DNA of 64,000 nt, taken from NCBI GenBank assembly GCA_002424045.1, contig DIPH01000001.1, positions 13,484 through 77,483 on the forward strand, given 5' to 3'. A program made the translations under genes and the position numbers. Shown one piece after another: positions 1-10,394 of this stretch (position 1 is its first letter; each line of letters opens with the position of its first letter). Below the pieces are notes generated by a model. It was given only the letters and a program-made list of their open reading frames with translations, did not search any database and was not told where the DNA came from. This DNA is from Firmicutes bacterium UBA5493. GTDB lineage: Bacteria > Bacillota > Limnochordia > Darwinibacteriales > Darwinibacteriaceae.

Positions 1-393
1 TTGTTTGCCTTCGGCTACAACTGTTCCGACGCCAGTGGGCGTTAAGACTCCGCCCAAACCCGCGCCAGCGCAGCGGATTCTCTCAGCCAGTGTTCCTTGG
101 GGTACGAGTTCTACCTGGATTTTTCCTTCAATCATCTTCTGGCCTGTCTCTGGATTTGTACCAATATGGCTGGCGATCAGGTGCCTAACCGCATCGGATG
201 AAATCAGCATGCCGATGCCATCACCCTGTAAGCCGGTGTCATTACAAATGACGGTCAGATTCTGTACGCCTTGTCCTGCCAATTCTCGAACGAGGCTTAC
301 AGGTGTACCGCAGGTCATGAATCCTCCAATCATGACGCTGCTTCCATCCGTCACCTTACCCATCACTTCTTTCTGCGACAAAATTTTCGGCAA
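1..393 (-). CDS. atoD: 3-oxoacid (butyrate-acetoacetate) CoA-transferase subunit A; runs off the window edge
   Basis: Translated manually: TTG start after GGGAGG; [31 protein letters not shown]...[29 protein letters not shown]; follows kce. Confidence 0.9.
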   Translation of the reverse strand, partial: MPKILSQKEVMGKVTDGSSVMIGGFMTCGTPVSLVRELAGQGVQNLTVICNDTGLQGDGIGMLISSDAVRHLIASHIGTNPETGQKMIEGKIQVELVPQGTLAERIRCAGAGLGGVLTPTGVGTVVAEGKQ

Positions 394-412
394 TTCGTCA
401 TCCTCCCAATTT

Positions 413-1246
413 TTATGTTTTTTGTGGCCTTCGAGCGGGTAGCCCGAGAATCTCCCGTGCCTCATCAGGAGATGCAACTTCCCGTCCAAGCTCTCTTGCA
501 ATCCTGGCTATCCTAGCTACCAACTGAGCATTGCTCTTGGCCAATTCACCCCTGTAAAAATAGATATTGTCCTCAAACCCAACCCGCACATGACCTCCCA
601 TGGCCATGGCGGCCATAGCTAGAGACGTCTCGTTGCGACCAATACCCGATACGGTCCAGGTGGCATCTTTAGGAATGGAATCAACTAAGAAACTCAAGTT
701 TCTCACAGTTCCCCCCATGGCACCTGGGACGCCCAGGACAAAATTAAAGTGGAGGGGTGGCTTCACCAAAGCCTCTCGCACAAGGCGCAAAGCACTGTCA
801 ACCATTCCTGATTCAAATACCTCGAATTCTGGTTTGACCCCCCTCTCCAACATAAGCCTTGCAGCTTTCTCATAAAAGTCCTGGGGATTGGAGAATATGT
901 CCCTACCAAAGTTACAGGTTCCAGTGGACAAAGTGGCCATTTCCGGACTGTTCTCTACAGGTTGCAGACGCTCTTCTGGACTATGCCAGGTTGCTCCGCC
1001 TGTAGATGGCTGAAAAATGACGGGACACTTTTCCGCCACAATCGCCTGGATTTCTCTGTAAATCTCCCTATCCTGTGTAGGGCTGCCATCGGCTTGCCGG
1101 GCATGGACATGGACAATGGATGCTCCCGCTTCGTAGGCTTCCAAAGCTGCACGACCGATTTCCTCAGGAGTAATGGGGAGATTCTTCTGCTGCTCCCTTG
1201 TGACTTCGGCCCCAGTGAGGGCCGCGGTAATAATCAGCTTTGACAC
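413..1246 (-). CDS. kce: 3-keto-5-aminohexanoate cleavage enzyme
   Basis: [33 protein letters not shown] motifs; start moved to GTG 1246. Confidence 0.93.
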   Translation of the reverse strand: MSKLIITAALTGAEVTREQQKNLPITPEEIGRAALEAYEAGASIVHVHARQADGSPTQDREIYREIQAIVAEKCPVIFQPSTGGATWHSPEERLQPVENSPEMATLSTGTCNFGRDIFSNPQDFYEKAARLMLERGVKPEFEVFESGMVDSALRLVREALVKPPLHFNFVLGVPGAMGGTVRNLSFLVDSIPKDATWTVSGIGRNETSLAMAAMAMGGHVRVGFEDNIYFYRGELAKSNAQLVARIARIARELGREVASPDEAREILGLPARRPQKT

Positions 1247-1250
1247 ATCC

Positions 1251-1640
1251 CTACCCCCTTCTCTGTTTGTCCTTAGGTACGACACATACACCTTTAGCTG
1301 TGGCCACCACAACTGGTTCCTCCAGAACATCCATGGCCGAAGGCCCCAGGTCTGATGAATTGGTCCTTGTGATCTGTTTGACGGCTTGAAACTTCATCTT
1401 CCGCGATGTATTACCTACCTCAGTAATCTCACCCACCGCTTCAAGGAAATCACCAGCATAAACAGGAGCCTTAAACTGCACATCACTATAGGTTAGAAAT
1501 AAACCTTCATCACCGTCATGACGGATCAAAAGCTCCGTGGCACAGTCACCAAAGAGCTGCAAAACAAAAGCACCGTCCACCAACTCACCTCCGTAGTGGG
1601 CCTGGGCTGCGCTGACTCGTACACGGATCACACTCTTCAT
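1251..1640 (-). CDS. kal: 3-aminobutyryl-CoA ammonia-lyase (hotdog fold)
   Basis: [11 protein letters not shown]...[19 protein letters not shown] motif; AGGAGG RBS favours ATG 1640. Confidence 0.93.
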   Translation of the reverse strand: MKSVIRVRVSAAQAHYGGELVDGAFVLQLFGDCATELLIRHDGDEGLFLTYSDVQFKAPVYAGDFLEAVGEITEVGNTSRKMKFQAVKQITRTNSSDLGPSAMDVLEEPVVVATAKGVCVVPKDKQRRG

Positions 1641-1675
1641 ACAACACATTCCTCCTTGGATTAATAAACTCTATG

Positions 1676-2416
1676 TTAGATTCTTCTGGCCAATTCCTTA
1701 ACCACAAAGGTGCTGACATGGCGGGCTGTTGTTCCAGGTCCAAACCCTGCGTCAAAACCAAGCTCCTTAGCTAGGGGCTGATCGATTCTAGGTCCACCCA
1801 CAATCATGATCAGCCTCTCACGCAGGCCCTCCGCTTCCGCCATTTCAATCAATTCCGTTAGGTTCTGAATATGTACATTTTTCTGGGTCACAACCTGAGA
1901 GACCAAGACCGCATCGGCCTTCACTTCCATAGCCTTTTGAAGAAGGATGTCGTTGGGAACTTGACTCCCTAAATTGTAAGTTTCGATCATGGGGTAGCGC
2001 TCTAAGCCGTAATCGCCATCATAGCCCTTCATGTTCATGATGGCATCGAGTCCCACTGTATGGGCATCTGTTCCGGTGCAGGCCCCCACCACTACGACCT
2101 TACGTCTGATTTCCTTTTCAATGAAGGAATTCACTTCATCGAATGTCATTGCCTCATCCCCCGCATCAACAACGGAGATTTCATCAAGATTAACACTGTG
2201 ACGGCTACTTCCATAGAGGATAAAGTGGCTGAAACCGTGGAGGTCCTTCATGTTCACCACCTGAATACCCTCGAAACCCATTTGCAAAGCCAGGCGTTTG
2301 GCTGCTTCAAGAGCCAGGGGCCCTGCAGGTATGGGTAATGTAAAACTCAACTGCACCTGTCCATCACCCCAGGAATCTCCATAGGGTTTTACTACCTTGT
2401 CTTTCGAGCTCACCAT
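1676..2416 (-). CDS. kamE: Lysine 5,6-aminomutase beta subunit (B12-binding)
   Basis: KPYGD..DGQVQLSFTLP, DAHTVG cobalamin motif, MNMKG PLP lysine. Confidence 0.95.
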   Translation of the reverse strand: MVSSKDKVVKPYGDSWGDGQVQLSFTLPIPAGPLALEAAKRLALQMGFEGIQVVNMKDLHGFSHFILYGSSRHSVNLDEISVVDAGDEAMTFDEVNSFIEKEIRRKVVVVGACTGTDAHTVGLDAIMNMKGYDGDYGLERYPMIETYNLGSQVPNDILLQKAMEVKADAVLVSQVVTQKNVHIQNLTELIEMAEAEGLRERLIMIVGGPRIDQPLAKELGFDAGFGPGTTARHVSTFVVKELARRI

Positions 2417-3999
2417 GATCTCCCCTTCCCTGGTGCAGATTGGATCCCCAGTTCCTGCTGCATCCTGTCCATAAAGGGATTGCTATAGTCAATTCCCTTC
2501 GGGATCACACCATCACCACCTTTGCCTCCCTCTTGGGGTCGCCTGATGTTGGCAAAATGCCCTTCGCTGATGGCCCGTTTTAATCCCTTGGCTTCGATGT
2601 CCTGCAAGAAGTCTACCACTTGATCCAAGATGGCCTCTGAACGTTTTTGGATGATGCCATCGGGCCTAAAGCTAATCTCGTTTTCTAAGTCTCTGGCATT
2701 GTCCATGACATACTGGGCGCTTTCCAGGCTCAAAGCACGGTCACTTAGGTGGGGTGTATGAATGGCTTCGGTGAGCATGCCAAGGAGATGAATGCTTTGG
2801 CCCGTCATAACCGAGGCCAGGTTAAACATGGCATTTTGAACATGGCCCATAAAAATGTCTCCCGTCATGTACTTGGTAGGCGGCATATACTTCAAGGGTG
2901 CGTCAGGGAAAATCTGCCGAATGGTCTGGGCTGTAGCTAGCTCATAGAGGAACCCGTTTTTCATCTTCGGATCGAGCTCAAAGGCGTGTCCCAAACCCAG
3001 CTGCCAACTTTGTAGACCTGCCGCCAGACCCATCTGTTCATTGATAAAATTGGAGGCCAAAACGGTATGGGCCTCCTCTAAGGCGTCTGCTGTTGTTAAG
3101 TAGTTGTCCTCTCCCGTATTGATAATAATGCCGGCGTAGGCATTGATCATCCGAGAAAAGTATTGGTCAGCAAAGGTCCGCTCCATATTGATATCCCGGA
3201 ACAAGATCCCATACATGGCGTCATTTAGCATCATGTCAAGACGTTCCAAGGCTCCCATGGCAGCGATCTCGGGCATGCACAGCCCTGAGCAATAGTTGAC
3301 GAGCTGAATGTACCGTCCCACCTCTTCGCTCACCTCATCAAGAGCTTGCCTCATTACCCTGAAGTTGGCTTGGGTAGCGTATGTGCCCCCAAAACCTTCC
3401 GTGGTGGTTCCGTAGGGAACATAATCGAGTAAACTCTGGGCTGTGGTGCGAATGACTGCAATAATGTCTGCCCCCTGCCTAGCAGCTGACTTGGCCTGCT
3501 CCACATCGGCAAAGATGTTACCGCTGGCCACGATGACATACTTCAAAGGCTCTTCGCCTAACCCGAGACTCTGCTTTAAGGTCTCCCGTTTCTGCCGCTC
3601 TTTGGCGATGGTGGTAAGTGCTTGATCCGTATATGTATTCATGACTCTGGCTATACGATTTGGGTCTTGGGCCGAGAGCTCACAGATGTGCAAATCCCGA
3701 GCACAGTGTTGAGCGATCTCTTGTGGGGACTTGTCGAGGACCACCACGGCATTAGCTATCCAATACGCTATGCCCCGGTCTAAAAAACCTGCCCGATTCA
3801 CTTGATCCACAACAACATTGGCCAGAGGGATGTCTTCGTGATTCGTGCCATCGATGCCAAAAAGGCGTGCCACGGTACGTTCCACGCTTACTGTGGTGTG
3901 ACGATAGATATCTTCCTGCACCTTTTGAGCAATGGCCTGAGCTAATTGCCTGGCCTTTTGAACTTTTTCGTTGTCCAATACTAGTAACTGGTTACCCAT
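2410..3999 (-). CDS. kamD: Lysine 5,6-aminomutase alpha subunit
   Basis: HTTVSVERTVARL, IRTTAQSLLDYVPYG, NYCSGLCMPEIA, MPPTKYMTG. Confidence 0.95.
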   Translation of the reverse strand: MGNQLLVLDNEKVQKARQLAQAIAQKVQEDIYRHTTVSVERTVARLFGIDGTNHEDIPLANVVVDQVNRAGFLDRGIAYWIANAVVVLDKSPQEIAQHCARDLHICELSAQDPNRIARVMNTYTDQALTTIAKERQKRETLKQSLGLGEEPLKYVIVASGNIFADVEQAKSAARQGADIIAVIRTTAQSLLDYVPYGTTTEGFGGTYATQANFRVMRQALDEVSEEVGRYIQLVNYCSGLCMPEIAAMGALERLDMMLNDAMYGILFRDINMERTFADQYFSRMINAYAGIIINTGEDNYLTTADALEEAHTVLASNFINEQMGLAAGLQSWQLGLGHAFELDPKMKNGFLYELATAQTIRQIFPDAPLKYMPPTKYMTGDIFMGHVQNAMFNLASVMTGQSIHLLGMLTEAIHTPHLSDRALSLESAQYVMDNARDLENEISFRPDGIIQKRSEAILDQVVDFLQDIEAKGLKRAISEGHFANIRRPQEGGKGGDGVIPKGIDYSNPFMDRMQQELGIQSAPGKGRSW

Positions 4000-5608
4000 T
4001 CTTGCGGTCCCTCTTTTCAAGGAGCTCTTTAGCCCTCTTAATGATCATGCTGTCCAGCCCTAGAGCTTCTGCCACAACTGCGGCATCGCTCCGAAGTGGT
4101 CGCCCAGGGCTTGCCACCTCCAAGCTATAGTCCATACAGCGTTGAAGAGAATCTACCCGGGCCTCGCCTAGCTTGTCTTGATCCAACCCCCTGACCCGAA
4201 GATGGCGGATCTCCTCTAGCTGGGCTAGAGATGGGTAATGGGTCGTAATCACGGTAATGGTCGGCGTGTGGTTGAGATGCTCAAGAATTGCCTGGGCAAC
4301 GCTGGCCCCTTCCACAGGATTTGTTCCGTGGGCAATCTCATCCACGAGAATCAAGCCATCATGGTCGCTTTCCTCTATGACATCCCGCAGAAAGAGCACT
4401 TCCCCAGCAAAGGCACTGAGGCCCTTGGGGATTTCCGATGCCGCCAAGTGAGCCCGGATAAACTTCCGTGGCCGGAAATCCATGGAACGGGCAGGCACCA
4501 AAAGGCCATATTGGGCCATAGCCGTTAAAAGGCCAATAGTCTTTAAACTCGCGGTTTTACCACCCATATTAGGTCCGGTGATCAGGGTGACCCCTGAGGA
4601 AACTTCTAAGCAGAGGGGAGTATAATCATGACCCCCTTGGGTCACCTCTTCCTCCACCAAGGGATGTCTTCCCTCTGTGATGCGAATGATGGAATCCTCG
4701 CACAACTGGGGTTTCATTCCATCTATCTCAACGGCAAACTTCGCTTTGGCTAATAAGACGTCTAAAAAAGCTAGCCTTTCCAGAACGCCATGTAGTCGCG
4801 GCCCATAATCTGCTATCACAGAGGTGAGTTTGACCCTAATCCCGTGCTTGTGTTTCTCCTCTTCTTCCCTAACCTGAGCCAACTCCTGCCTGACTTGGCG
4901 CATGATCCCGTCCTCCACCAGCTGGAAGCGGATAAAATCTGAGGTTTCCTGCACTTTCTCCAACTGGACCATGCTTTCAAGCTGGGAGATCATCTTGCCA
5001 TCTGTGGTAGTAACCGTAATGTCTCCATTCATGGATAAGATGCGCCCCACGACCTGAATCATTTCACAGTCCACTGACGCCCGAAAGTCGGCTAGGGTAT
5101 TCTCTAGACGTACACGCTCTTGGCGCACCTTAGCGAGCTCATCGTCGTAGGTGTCAGCGATATAAAAGCTGTCGTGCCCACCTTGGCCAAGACTTAAGGA
5201 TTCCTTGCATTCCACGCACTGATCCACAGGATCTGGTAAGAAGCTTGTCCACCCTAAGTGTTCCAATTCCGCCTGGATTTTCTCCACAATAGTTAACAGC
5301 TTCTTTACCTCATAGAACTCCGTATCATCTAAGGTGATCCCTTGCATACTGCGCCTAAGGCTGCCACCGATATCCCGAACTGTACTTAACAGAAAGCTTA
5401 GCTCTTCCGCCATCTTGGGGTCTCTCTTTAGGTACGCACACATGCGCTCGAGGCGATCGAGTTCCTGCACGAGATCGGCCGATTGCTCTTGCCCAAAAGC
5501 TGTGGCTTTACGCAACCTGGATCGCCCCAAAGACGATACGGGGCTTATGCGAGACCACACTTCATCAAAACCTAATTGACGCCGAGTTTCAGCATCAAGA
5601 AATTGCAT
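3992..5608 (-). CDS. kamC: MutS-like ATPase, lysine 5,6-aminomutase reactivase subunit
   Basis: Walker A GPNMGGKT, LSAFAGE, LVDEIAHGTNP, TTHY; position before kamD. Confidence 0.88.
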   Translation of the reverse strand: MQFLDAETRRQLGFDEVWSRISPVSSLGRSRLRKATAFGQEQSADLVQELDRLERMCAYLKRDPKMAEELSFLLSTVRDIGGSLRRSMQGITLDDTEFYEVKKLLTIVEKIQAELEHLGWTSFLPDPVDQCVECKESLSLGQGGHDSFYIADTYDDELAKVRQERVRLENTLADFRASVDCEMIQVVGRILSMNGDITVTTTDGKMISQLESMVQLEKVQETSDFIRFQLVEDGIMRQVRQELAQVREEEEKHKHGIRVKLTSVIADYGPRLHGVLERLAFLDVLLAKAKFAVEIDGMKPQLCEDSIIRITEGRHPLVEEEVTQGGHDYTPLCLEVSSGVTLITGPNMGGKTASLKTIGLLTAMAQYGLLVPARSMDFRPRKFIRAHLAASEIPKGLSAFAGEVLFLRDVIEESDHDGLILVDEIAHGTNPVEGASVAQAILEHLNHTPTITVITTHYPSLAQLEEIRHLRVRGLDQDKLGEARVDSLQRCMDYSLEVASPGRPLRSDAAVVAEALGLDSMIIKRAKELLEKRDRKNG

Positions 5609-6683
5609 TAAAACCCTCCTTTTTGAGCCTGTATCGGATTCCCAAATTCAAGTCAAAGGCAGGAATGGGCTCCACAGCTTGTCCCACATCCTCAAGTAAG
5701 CGAATAGGGTCTGCCAGGCCGTAACTACTGTTGAAAGGATTCACCGTCACAGCGCTAATATGGATGGAATCTAGCACCTTTAGCACAGCATGATGGGACT
5801 TCAACTTTTGGAAGCTCTGTTTGCCCAAAAAGACGCTGGTAGGATCAGAAGCAAGCAGGATTGGAAAGGTAGACTCTGCCCCACTGGCTAGAATCTTAAC
5901 CAACACGTCATCAGTGAGCATACCCCGAATGAAAATTGCCTGCGTACATCGATCGATCTGTGCGGTCAAGACGTCGGGGCGATGGAAAAAATCCTCTTGG
6001 GTAACGATACCTTGTATACCTTGAGCCGTGAGCAACACGATCTTGACCTCTCGGCCCATACCTTCCAACTCCAATTTCAATTCTGGGTCATCCCCGTGAT
6101 CCCAGGATGGGAGGGTCAAGATCCCCAATTGGAGCTTCAGTTTCTCAAGCAAGAGCTTGCGATCCCAAGCAGCTTCAGCGCCCACTGCTAGCACTGTAGT
6201 ATCGGTAACCATGGGTGCCGCGAGGGAACGGCGATCAATAGCGCCGTCCACAAAAAGCAAGTCCACTCCAAACTGTTCTAACTGAATCTTGATCAAAGCC
6301 AATTCATGACGGGTGCTAGGACCCGCCAACAATGTCTTGCCTGCACTAAGCACCCGGGCCAGGATTACTTCCCCTAAGGGAGTCGTGATGCCGGTCGTGG
6401 CCAATATTTCATAGTCCAAGCCGCTTTCCACAATCAGTGACCTGGCATTGGCCACGATCTGTCCTGGACTAAGCATGATCTTAGGTTTGTCGTGTTCAAA
6501 GAGACTATCCCGCTCTTCACCATCGAGGCCGATGGTCGTAAGGGCCACCCGGAGGCCTAACTGTCTAGCCTCCGTTACGAGCTGATTAAATGTAAAGGTC
6601 TTACCTGTATTCTTACCCATTCCAATCACAGAGACAGATCGGAAGCCCAGGTCCAGTATATCTTCTACAAACACCAGTACCAA
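5595..6683 (-). CDS. kamB: Lysine 5,6-aminomutase reactivase subunit (MutL/GlmL-like)
   Basis: IGMGKNTGKT, TTIGLDGE, DGAIDRRS; start moved to TTG after GAGGAAGGGG. Confidence 0.82.
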   Translation of the reverse strand: MVLVFVEDILDLGFRSVSVIGMGKNTGKTFTFNQLVTEARQLGLRVALTTIGLDGEERDSLFEHDKPKIMLSPGQIVANARSLIVESGLDYEILATTGITTPLGEVILARVLSAGKTLLAGPSTRHELALIKIQLEQFGVDLLFVDGAIDRRSLAAPMVTDTTVLAVGAEAAWDRKLLLEKLKLQLGILTLPSWDHGDDPELKLELEGMGREVKIVLLTAQGIQGIVTQEDFFHRPDVLTAQIDRCTQAIFIRGMLTDDVLVKILASGAESTFPILLASDPTSVFLGKQSFQKLKSHHAVLKVLDSIHISAVTVNPFNSSYGLADPIRLLEDVGQAVEPIPAFDLNLGIRYRLKKEGFNAIS

Positions 6684-6708
6684 CGCCCCTTCCTCACCAA
6701 CCGTCCTC

Positions 6709-7752
6709 TTACACGTAGATTTCCGAGAATAACTGGCGTAGTTTGGGGTTCTCCCGCAAAACCTCGAGAGTAATAGCTGCATGACTCTTTGTATAGCCGT
6801 TACCGATCAGCATATTGACATCTTTGCCCACCCCTTCAGCACCAAGGGCTGCCGAGGTGAAACTTGTGGCCATGCTGAAGAAATATACCGTTCCCCCATC
6901 ACGGGTACACAGAATCGAGGTCATTTCTGTTTGGGGAATATTCACGCAGTTGATCGTAAGATCGGCAAGCCTGTCCCCACTCGCCTTCTGGAAAGCATGC
7001 AAGCAGTCCACAGGCTTTGTTGCATCCACATCCAGGACCACATCTGCCAGATCGAGCTTCTGGATACGCTGTACCGCCCCATCGCCATAATCCATGGCAA
7101 TGATCTTACCTGAGACACCGGCACGTTTTTTCGCTTCATGGAGGCACAGGCTCCCTGACTTTCCACCTGCTCCCACAATCAAGACTGTATCACCTGGTTT
7201 CACGAGTTTAGCTGTTTGGGCGGGAGCTCCAGCGACGTCCAGGGCAGCCAAAGCTAACTTCTGGGGAAGGTCGTCAGGCAATACTGCATAAATGCCGCTC
7301 TCAAAGAGAATAGCCTGTCCCTTAATATCCACCTGTGCGGTGTCTAAATGAATTTTCTCTATGGTCTCAATGACCAGTGGTGTTAAGGTCAAAGAGACCA
7401 GAGAGGCAATGCGGGATCCTACCTGCAAATCTCGCTTGGCCTCAAGATCACGGCCAATGGCCTTAACGATGCCGATGAACATGCCCCCGGATCCAGTCAC
7501 AGGATTATGGTGTTTTCCCCTGCGGTCAACAATATCAAGCATAATTTGGGCGATCTGGGCTTCATCATCACCGGCTTCTTGCCGAATTTGGGTGAAACTC
7601 GCAGAATCAATATTCAGAGTTTCAACATCGATCAGAATTTCGTTGGGCATAATCTCCATACGGTTATCGAGGCGTTCGGACCCTTGAGGCAGGGCTCCCA
7701 CCGGTGTGATGACCCTATGGGTACCAAATGGACAAGCTACAGTCACAGACAT
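6709..7752 (-). CDS. kdd: L-erythro-3,5-diaminohexanoate dehydrogenase
   Basis: CPFGTHRV, LNIDSASF, NPVTGSGGM, ALDVAGAPAQ, FFSMATSF; the true start may be GTG 7746. Confidence 0.95.
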   Translation of the reverse strand: MSVTVACPFGTHRVITPVGALPQGSERLDNRMEIMPNEILIDVETLNIDSASFTQIRQEAGDDEAQIAQIMLDIVDRRGKHHNPVTGSGGMFIGIVKAIGRDLEAKRDLQVGSRIASLVSLTLTPLVIETIEKIHLDTAQVDIKGQAILFESGIYAVLPDDLPQKLALAALDVAGAPAQTAKLVKPGDTVLIVGAGGKSGSLCLHEAKKRAGVSGKIIAMDYGDGAVQRIQKLDLADVVLDVDATKPVDCLHAFQKASGDRLADLTINCVNIPQTEMTSILCTRDGGTVYFFSMATSFTSAALGAEGVGKDVNMLIGNGYTKSHAAITLEVLRENPKLRQLFSEIYV

Positions 7753-7818
7753 ACTCCCCTTTGTGGATTCTTACGGAAATCATCCAAGTTATTTTACAGT
7801 TTCTTCAATAATAACATA

Positions 7819-7861
7819 TACCCCTCCAATTTTGAAGAGTTCCTTCGAAATTGGAGGGGTA
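7819..7861. terminator. Long inverted repeat between ispDF and kdd (possible terminator)
   Basis: TACCCCTCCAATTTTGAAG-agttc-CTTCGAAATTGGAGGGGTA, 19-bp stem; U-tract weak. Confidence 0.55.
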
Positions 7862-7876
7862 ATGTAGATTGCAAGT

Positions 7877-9016
7877 CTAATCTTCTGCACGCAGAGACAC
7901 GACAACCTGCGCAGCTATACCTTCTTCACGACCCACAAAGCCCAGTCCCTCGGTGGTGGTTGCTTTGATGTTGACTTGACCCTCGGTTACAACGAACACC
8001 TGGGCCAGCTTTGTCCTCATGGCCCCTTTCCAGGACCCAAGCTTTGGTCTCTGAGCCATAATGGTAATATCCAGGTTATTTGTGACAAGCCTTTCTTCCT
8101 TCATGATATTCAGGACATGCTCTAGGAGGGTTATGCTGGAGATGCCCTTGTACACTGGATCGGTATCGGGAAATAGCTCGCCGATATCTCCCTTACCCAT
8201 AGCGCCCAAAAGGGCATCCATCACCGCGTGAGTCACCACATCAGCATCAGAATGACCCAAGAGTCCCTTTTCATAGGGAATCTCAACTCCCCCGAGGATC
8301 AGAGGTTTACCTCCTGCCAAGCGGTGCACATCGTACCCGAAGCCTACGACAACACGGTTTGACCTGGGCAAATCTTCCGGCGTTGTGATCTTGATGTTAG
8401 AATAGTCCCCTTCCACAATATGTACCGGATGGCCCAGAACCTCCAAAAGTCCGCAGTCATCCGTGGCTGTAATACCCCTTTGTCTAGCTTCTTCGTGAGC
8501 CTTCAAAGCCAGACGATAATCGAAAATTTGCGGGGTCTGCATGGCCCAAAGCTCCGAGCGCTCTGGAGTTTCCGTAACGAAACCGTCTCTGACTTTTTTG
8601 ATCGTATCCTTCACGGGAACAGCTATTCCTACGGCCAAGCGATCTTCGACAGCCTCTAGACCTCTGCGAACCAATTCCGGTGTGACAAAGGGCCTGGCAC
8701 CATCATGAATGATCGCCCAGTCGGTATCGGCGGAAAGGGCCTTAAGACCAAGATAAACACTGTCTTGTCTCTCTGCGCCTCCCAAGACAACCTGAGCCGT
8801 CTTGCCTGAAACTTCCCTTTGCAAAAGGTGCGTAACGGCTTCCAGATCCCGACTGCTTGTGACCACCACTATTTCTGATACTTCCTCCATAGAACCAAAA
8901 CAGGCAAGACTATGGGAAAGCACCGGTTTGCCATCAAGGGGCAAGAGTACTTTATTACTCCGAGCGCCCATACGTCTGCCTGAACCTGCTGCAGCTAGTA
9001 CTACTCCTATCTTCAA
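7877..9016 (-). CDS. ispDF: Bifunctional MEP cytidylyltransferase / MECDP synthase
   Basis: AAAGSGRRMG, IHDGARP, NIKITTPEDL, then GFGYDVH, GHSDADVVTHA, KATTTE; AAAGGAG spacing favours TTG 9016. Confidence 0.95.
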   Translation of the reverse strand: MKIGVVLAAAGSGRRMGARSNKVLLPLDGKPVLSHSLACFGSMEEVSEIVVVTSSRDLEAVTHLLQREVSGKTAQVVLGGAERQDSVYLGLKALSADTDWAIIHDGARPFVTPELVRRGLEAVEDRLAVGIAVPVKDTIKKVRDGFVTETPERSELWAMQTPQIFDYRLALKAHEEARQRGITATDDCGLLEVLGHPVHIVEGDYSNIKITTPEDLPRSNRVVVGFGYDVHRLAGGKPLILGGVEIPYEKGLLGHSDADVVTHAVMDALLGAMGKGDIGELFPDTDPVYKGISSITLLEHVLNIMKEERLVTNNLDITIMAQRPKLGSWKGAMRTKLAQVFVVTEGQVNIKATTTEGLGFVGREEGIAAQVVVSLRAED

Positions 9017-9124
9017 TCGCGCCAACTCCTTTTAGCCGCTACATGAATGTTTTACGTATTGTGAAGGCTTGCTACAAGCTCCTGGGTGGATGTTTACATT
9101 CACCAGAATCTGCATTCATCAGTA

Positions 9125-9161
9125 GTAAAAAGGACCCGATGTATGCAGGCATCAGGCCCCT
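9125..9161 (-). terminator. Rho-independent terminator after yacL
   Basis: Minus strand GGGGCCTGATG-cctgcata-CATCGGGTCC-TTTTT. Confidence 0.7.
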
Positions 9162-9175
9162 TCATTCCTATAAAC

Positions 9176-10249
9176 TTATAATGCCCGCTCCATAGCCTTC
9201 GGTTTTGCAAATATCATACGACCGGCCGCGGTCTGGAGAACACTGGTCACCAACACAGCCACTGTCTGCCCAATATAGCGGCGACCTCCATCCACTACAA
9301 TCATGGTGCCATCATCTAGGTAACCCACACCCTGACCTTGTTCCTTACCATCCTTAATAACCTGGACCTTAAGCTCTTCACCTGGTAACACAACCGGTTT
9401 CACGGAATTAGCCAGCTCGTTAATGTTTAATACGGGCACTCCCTGTAATTCACAGACTTTGTTGAGGTTATAGTCGTTGGTAACAACTTTGCCTCCCATA
9501 TCTTTGGCCAGTTTAACGAGTTTTGTATCAACCTCGTTAATGTCACCATAGTCTTGCTCCACAATGCGAACGTTGGAGTAGGGCTCCTTTTGAATCTTAT
9601 TGAGAATGTCTAACCCTCTTCTACCACGATTGCGTTTTAGTACGTCCGAAGAGTCCGCAATATGTTGCAACTCCTCCAAGACAAATCCCGGAACAATCAA
9701 ATCGCCCTCAAGAAACCCAGACTTTGTAATATCCGATATTCGTCCATCAATAATTACGCTAGTGTCGAGTATTTTGGGACTCCCCTCTGGAGTAGCAGCT
9801 TTCAAACTCGAGAAGGAGCGTTCTGTACGAGAAAAGACTTCGGGCAAGTCATCTGTTCTCCTAAGCCCGACCATGAGACCAAAATACCCCAATATAACTC
9901 CGAAAATGACGGGGAGAAAATCTCCCACGTAAGGGATTCTTAATAAAGGAATAGAAATGATCAGCGCAATAACCCAACCGCTAACCAACCCAATCATGCC
10001 CCCCACTAGCTCATGTGTGGGGATCTTTAGTAAAATCTGGGTCGCCTTCTTACTCCCCAGTTTCAGCCCTCGCACAATGGGTGGACCGACCACAGTACCG
10101 ACTAAAAAACCAACGAAAATAAACAGACCAACTAAATAACTCTCATCGATGAATCCAGCCATCGCGCCCGAGTTCAGCAAAAGCAATGCCCCGGAGTAAC
10201 CCAAGGCCGCGCCAATGGCAGCAAACACAATCCTAACGAATATGACCAA
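9176..10249 (-). CDS. yacL: Membrane PIN/TRAM domain protein
   Basis: TM N-terminus, [36 protein letters not shown]; conserved carD-yacL-ispD order; start after GGAGGTG. Confidence 0.93.
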   Translation of the reverse strand: MVIFVRIVFAAIGAALGYSGALLLLNSGAMAGFIDESYLVGLFIFVGFLVGTVVGPPIVRGLKLGSKKATQILLKIPTHELVGGMIGLVSGWVIALIISIPLLRIPYVGDFLPVIFGVILGYFGLMVGLRRTDDLPEVFSRTERSFSSLKAATPEGSPKILDTSVIIDGRISDITKSGFLEGDLIVPGFVLEELQHIADSSDVLKRNRGRRGLDILNKIQKEPYSNVRIVEQDYGDINEVDTKLVKLAKDMGGKVVTNDYNLNKVCELQGVPVLNINELANSVKPVVLPGEELKVQVIKDGKEQGQGVGYLDDGTMIVVDGGRRYIGQTVAVLVTSVLQTAAGRMIFAKPKAMERAL

Positions 10250-10394
10250 ACTTCGCTTCACCTCCCACTATTATTAATGCACGCGATAGTTTAGCTCGTT
10301 CAAGTTATAGTATTTCCTGTTTTCTCTTAGGTATTCTTTTTTAGCCTAAATTGTTAACCTGTGCACCAACAGTCATACCCAGTGGCCCACCCCC

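Noticed and set aside
5-442. 145-aa plus-strand ORF and the many other antisense ORFs in the track (for example 7507-7968, 13935-14363, 20987-21532, 29681-30196, 35492-36004)
   Set aside because: They are shadows of well-supported genes on the opposite strand, with no RBS or recognisable motifs.
3992-5608. MutS2 or mismatch-repair gene
   Set aside because: It lacks an Smr domain and sits between kamB and kamD, the position of the KamC reactivase.
7752-7877. Lysine or cobalamin riboswitch before the lysine operon
   Set aside because: The region is too short and holds only one long hairpin; no conserved riboswitch motifs.
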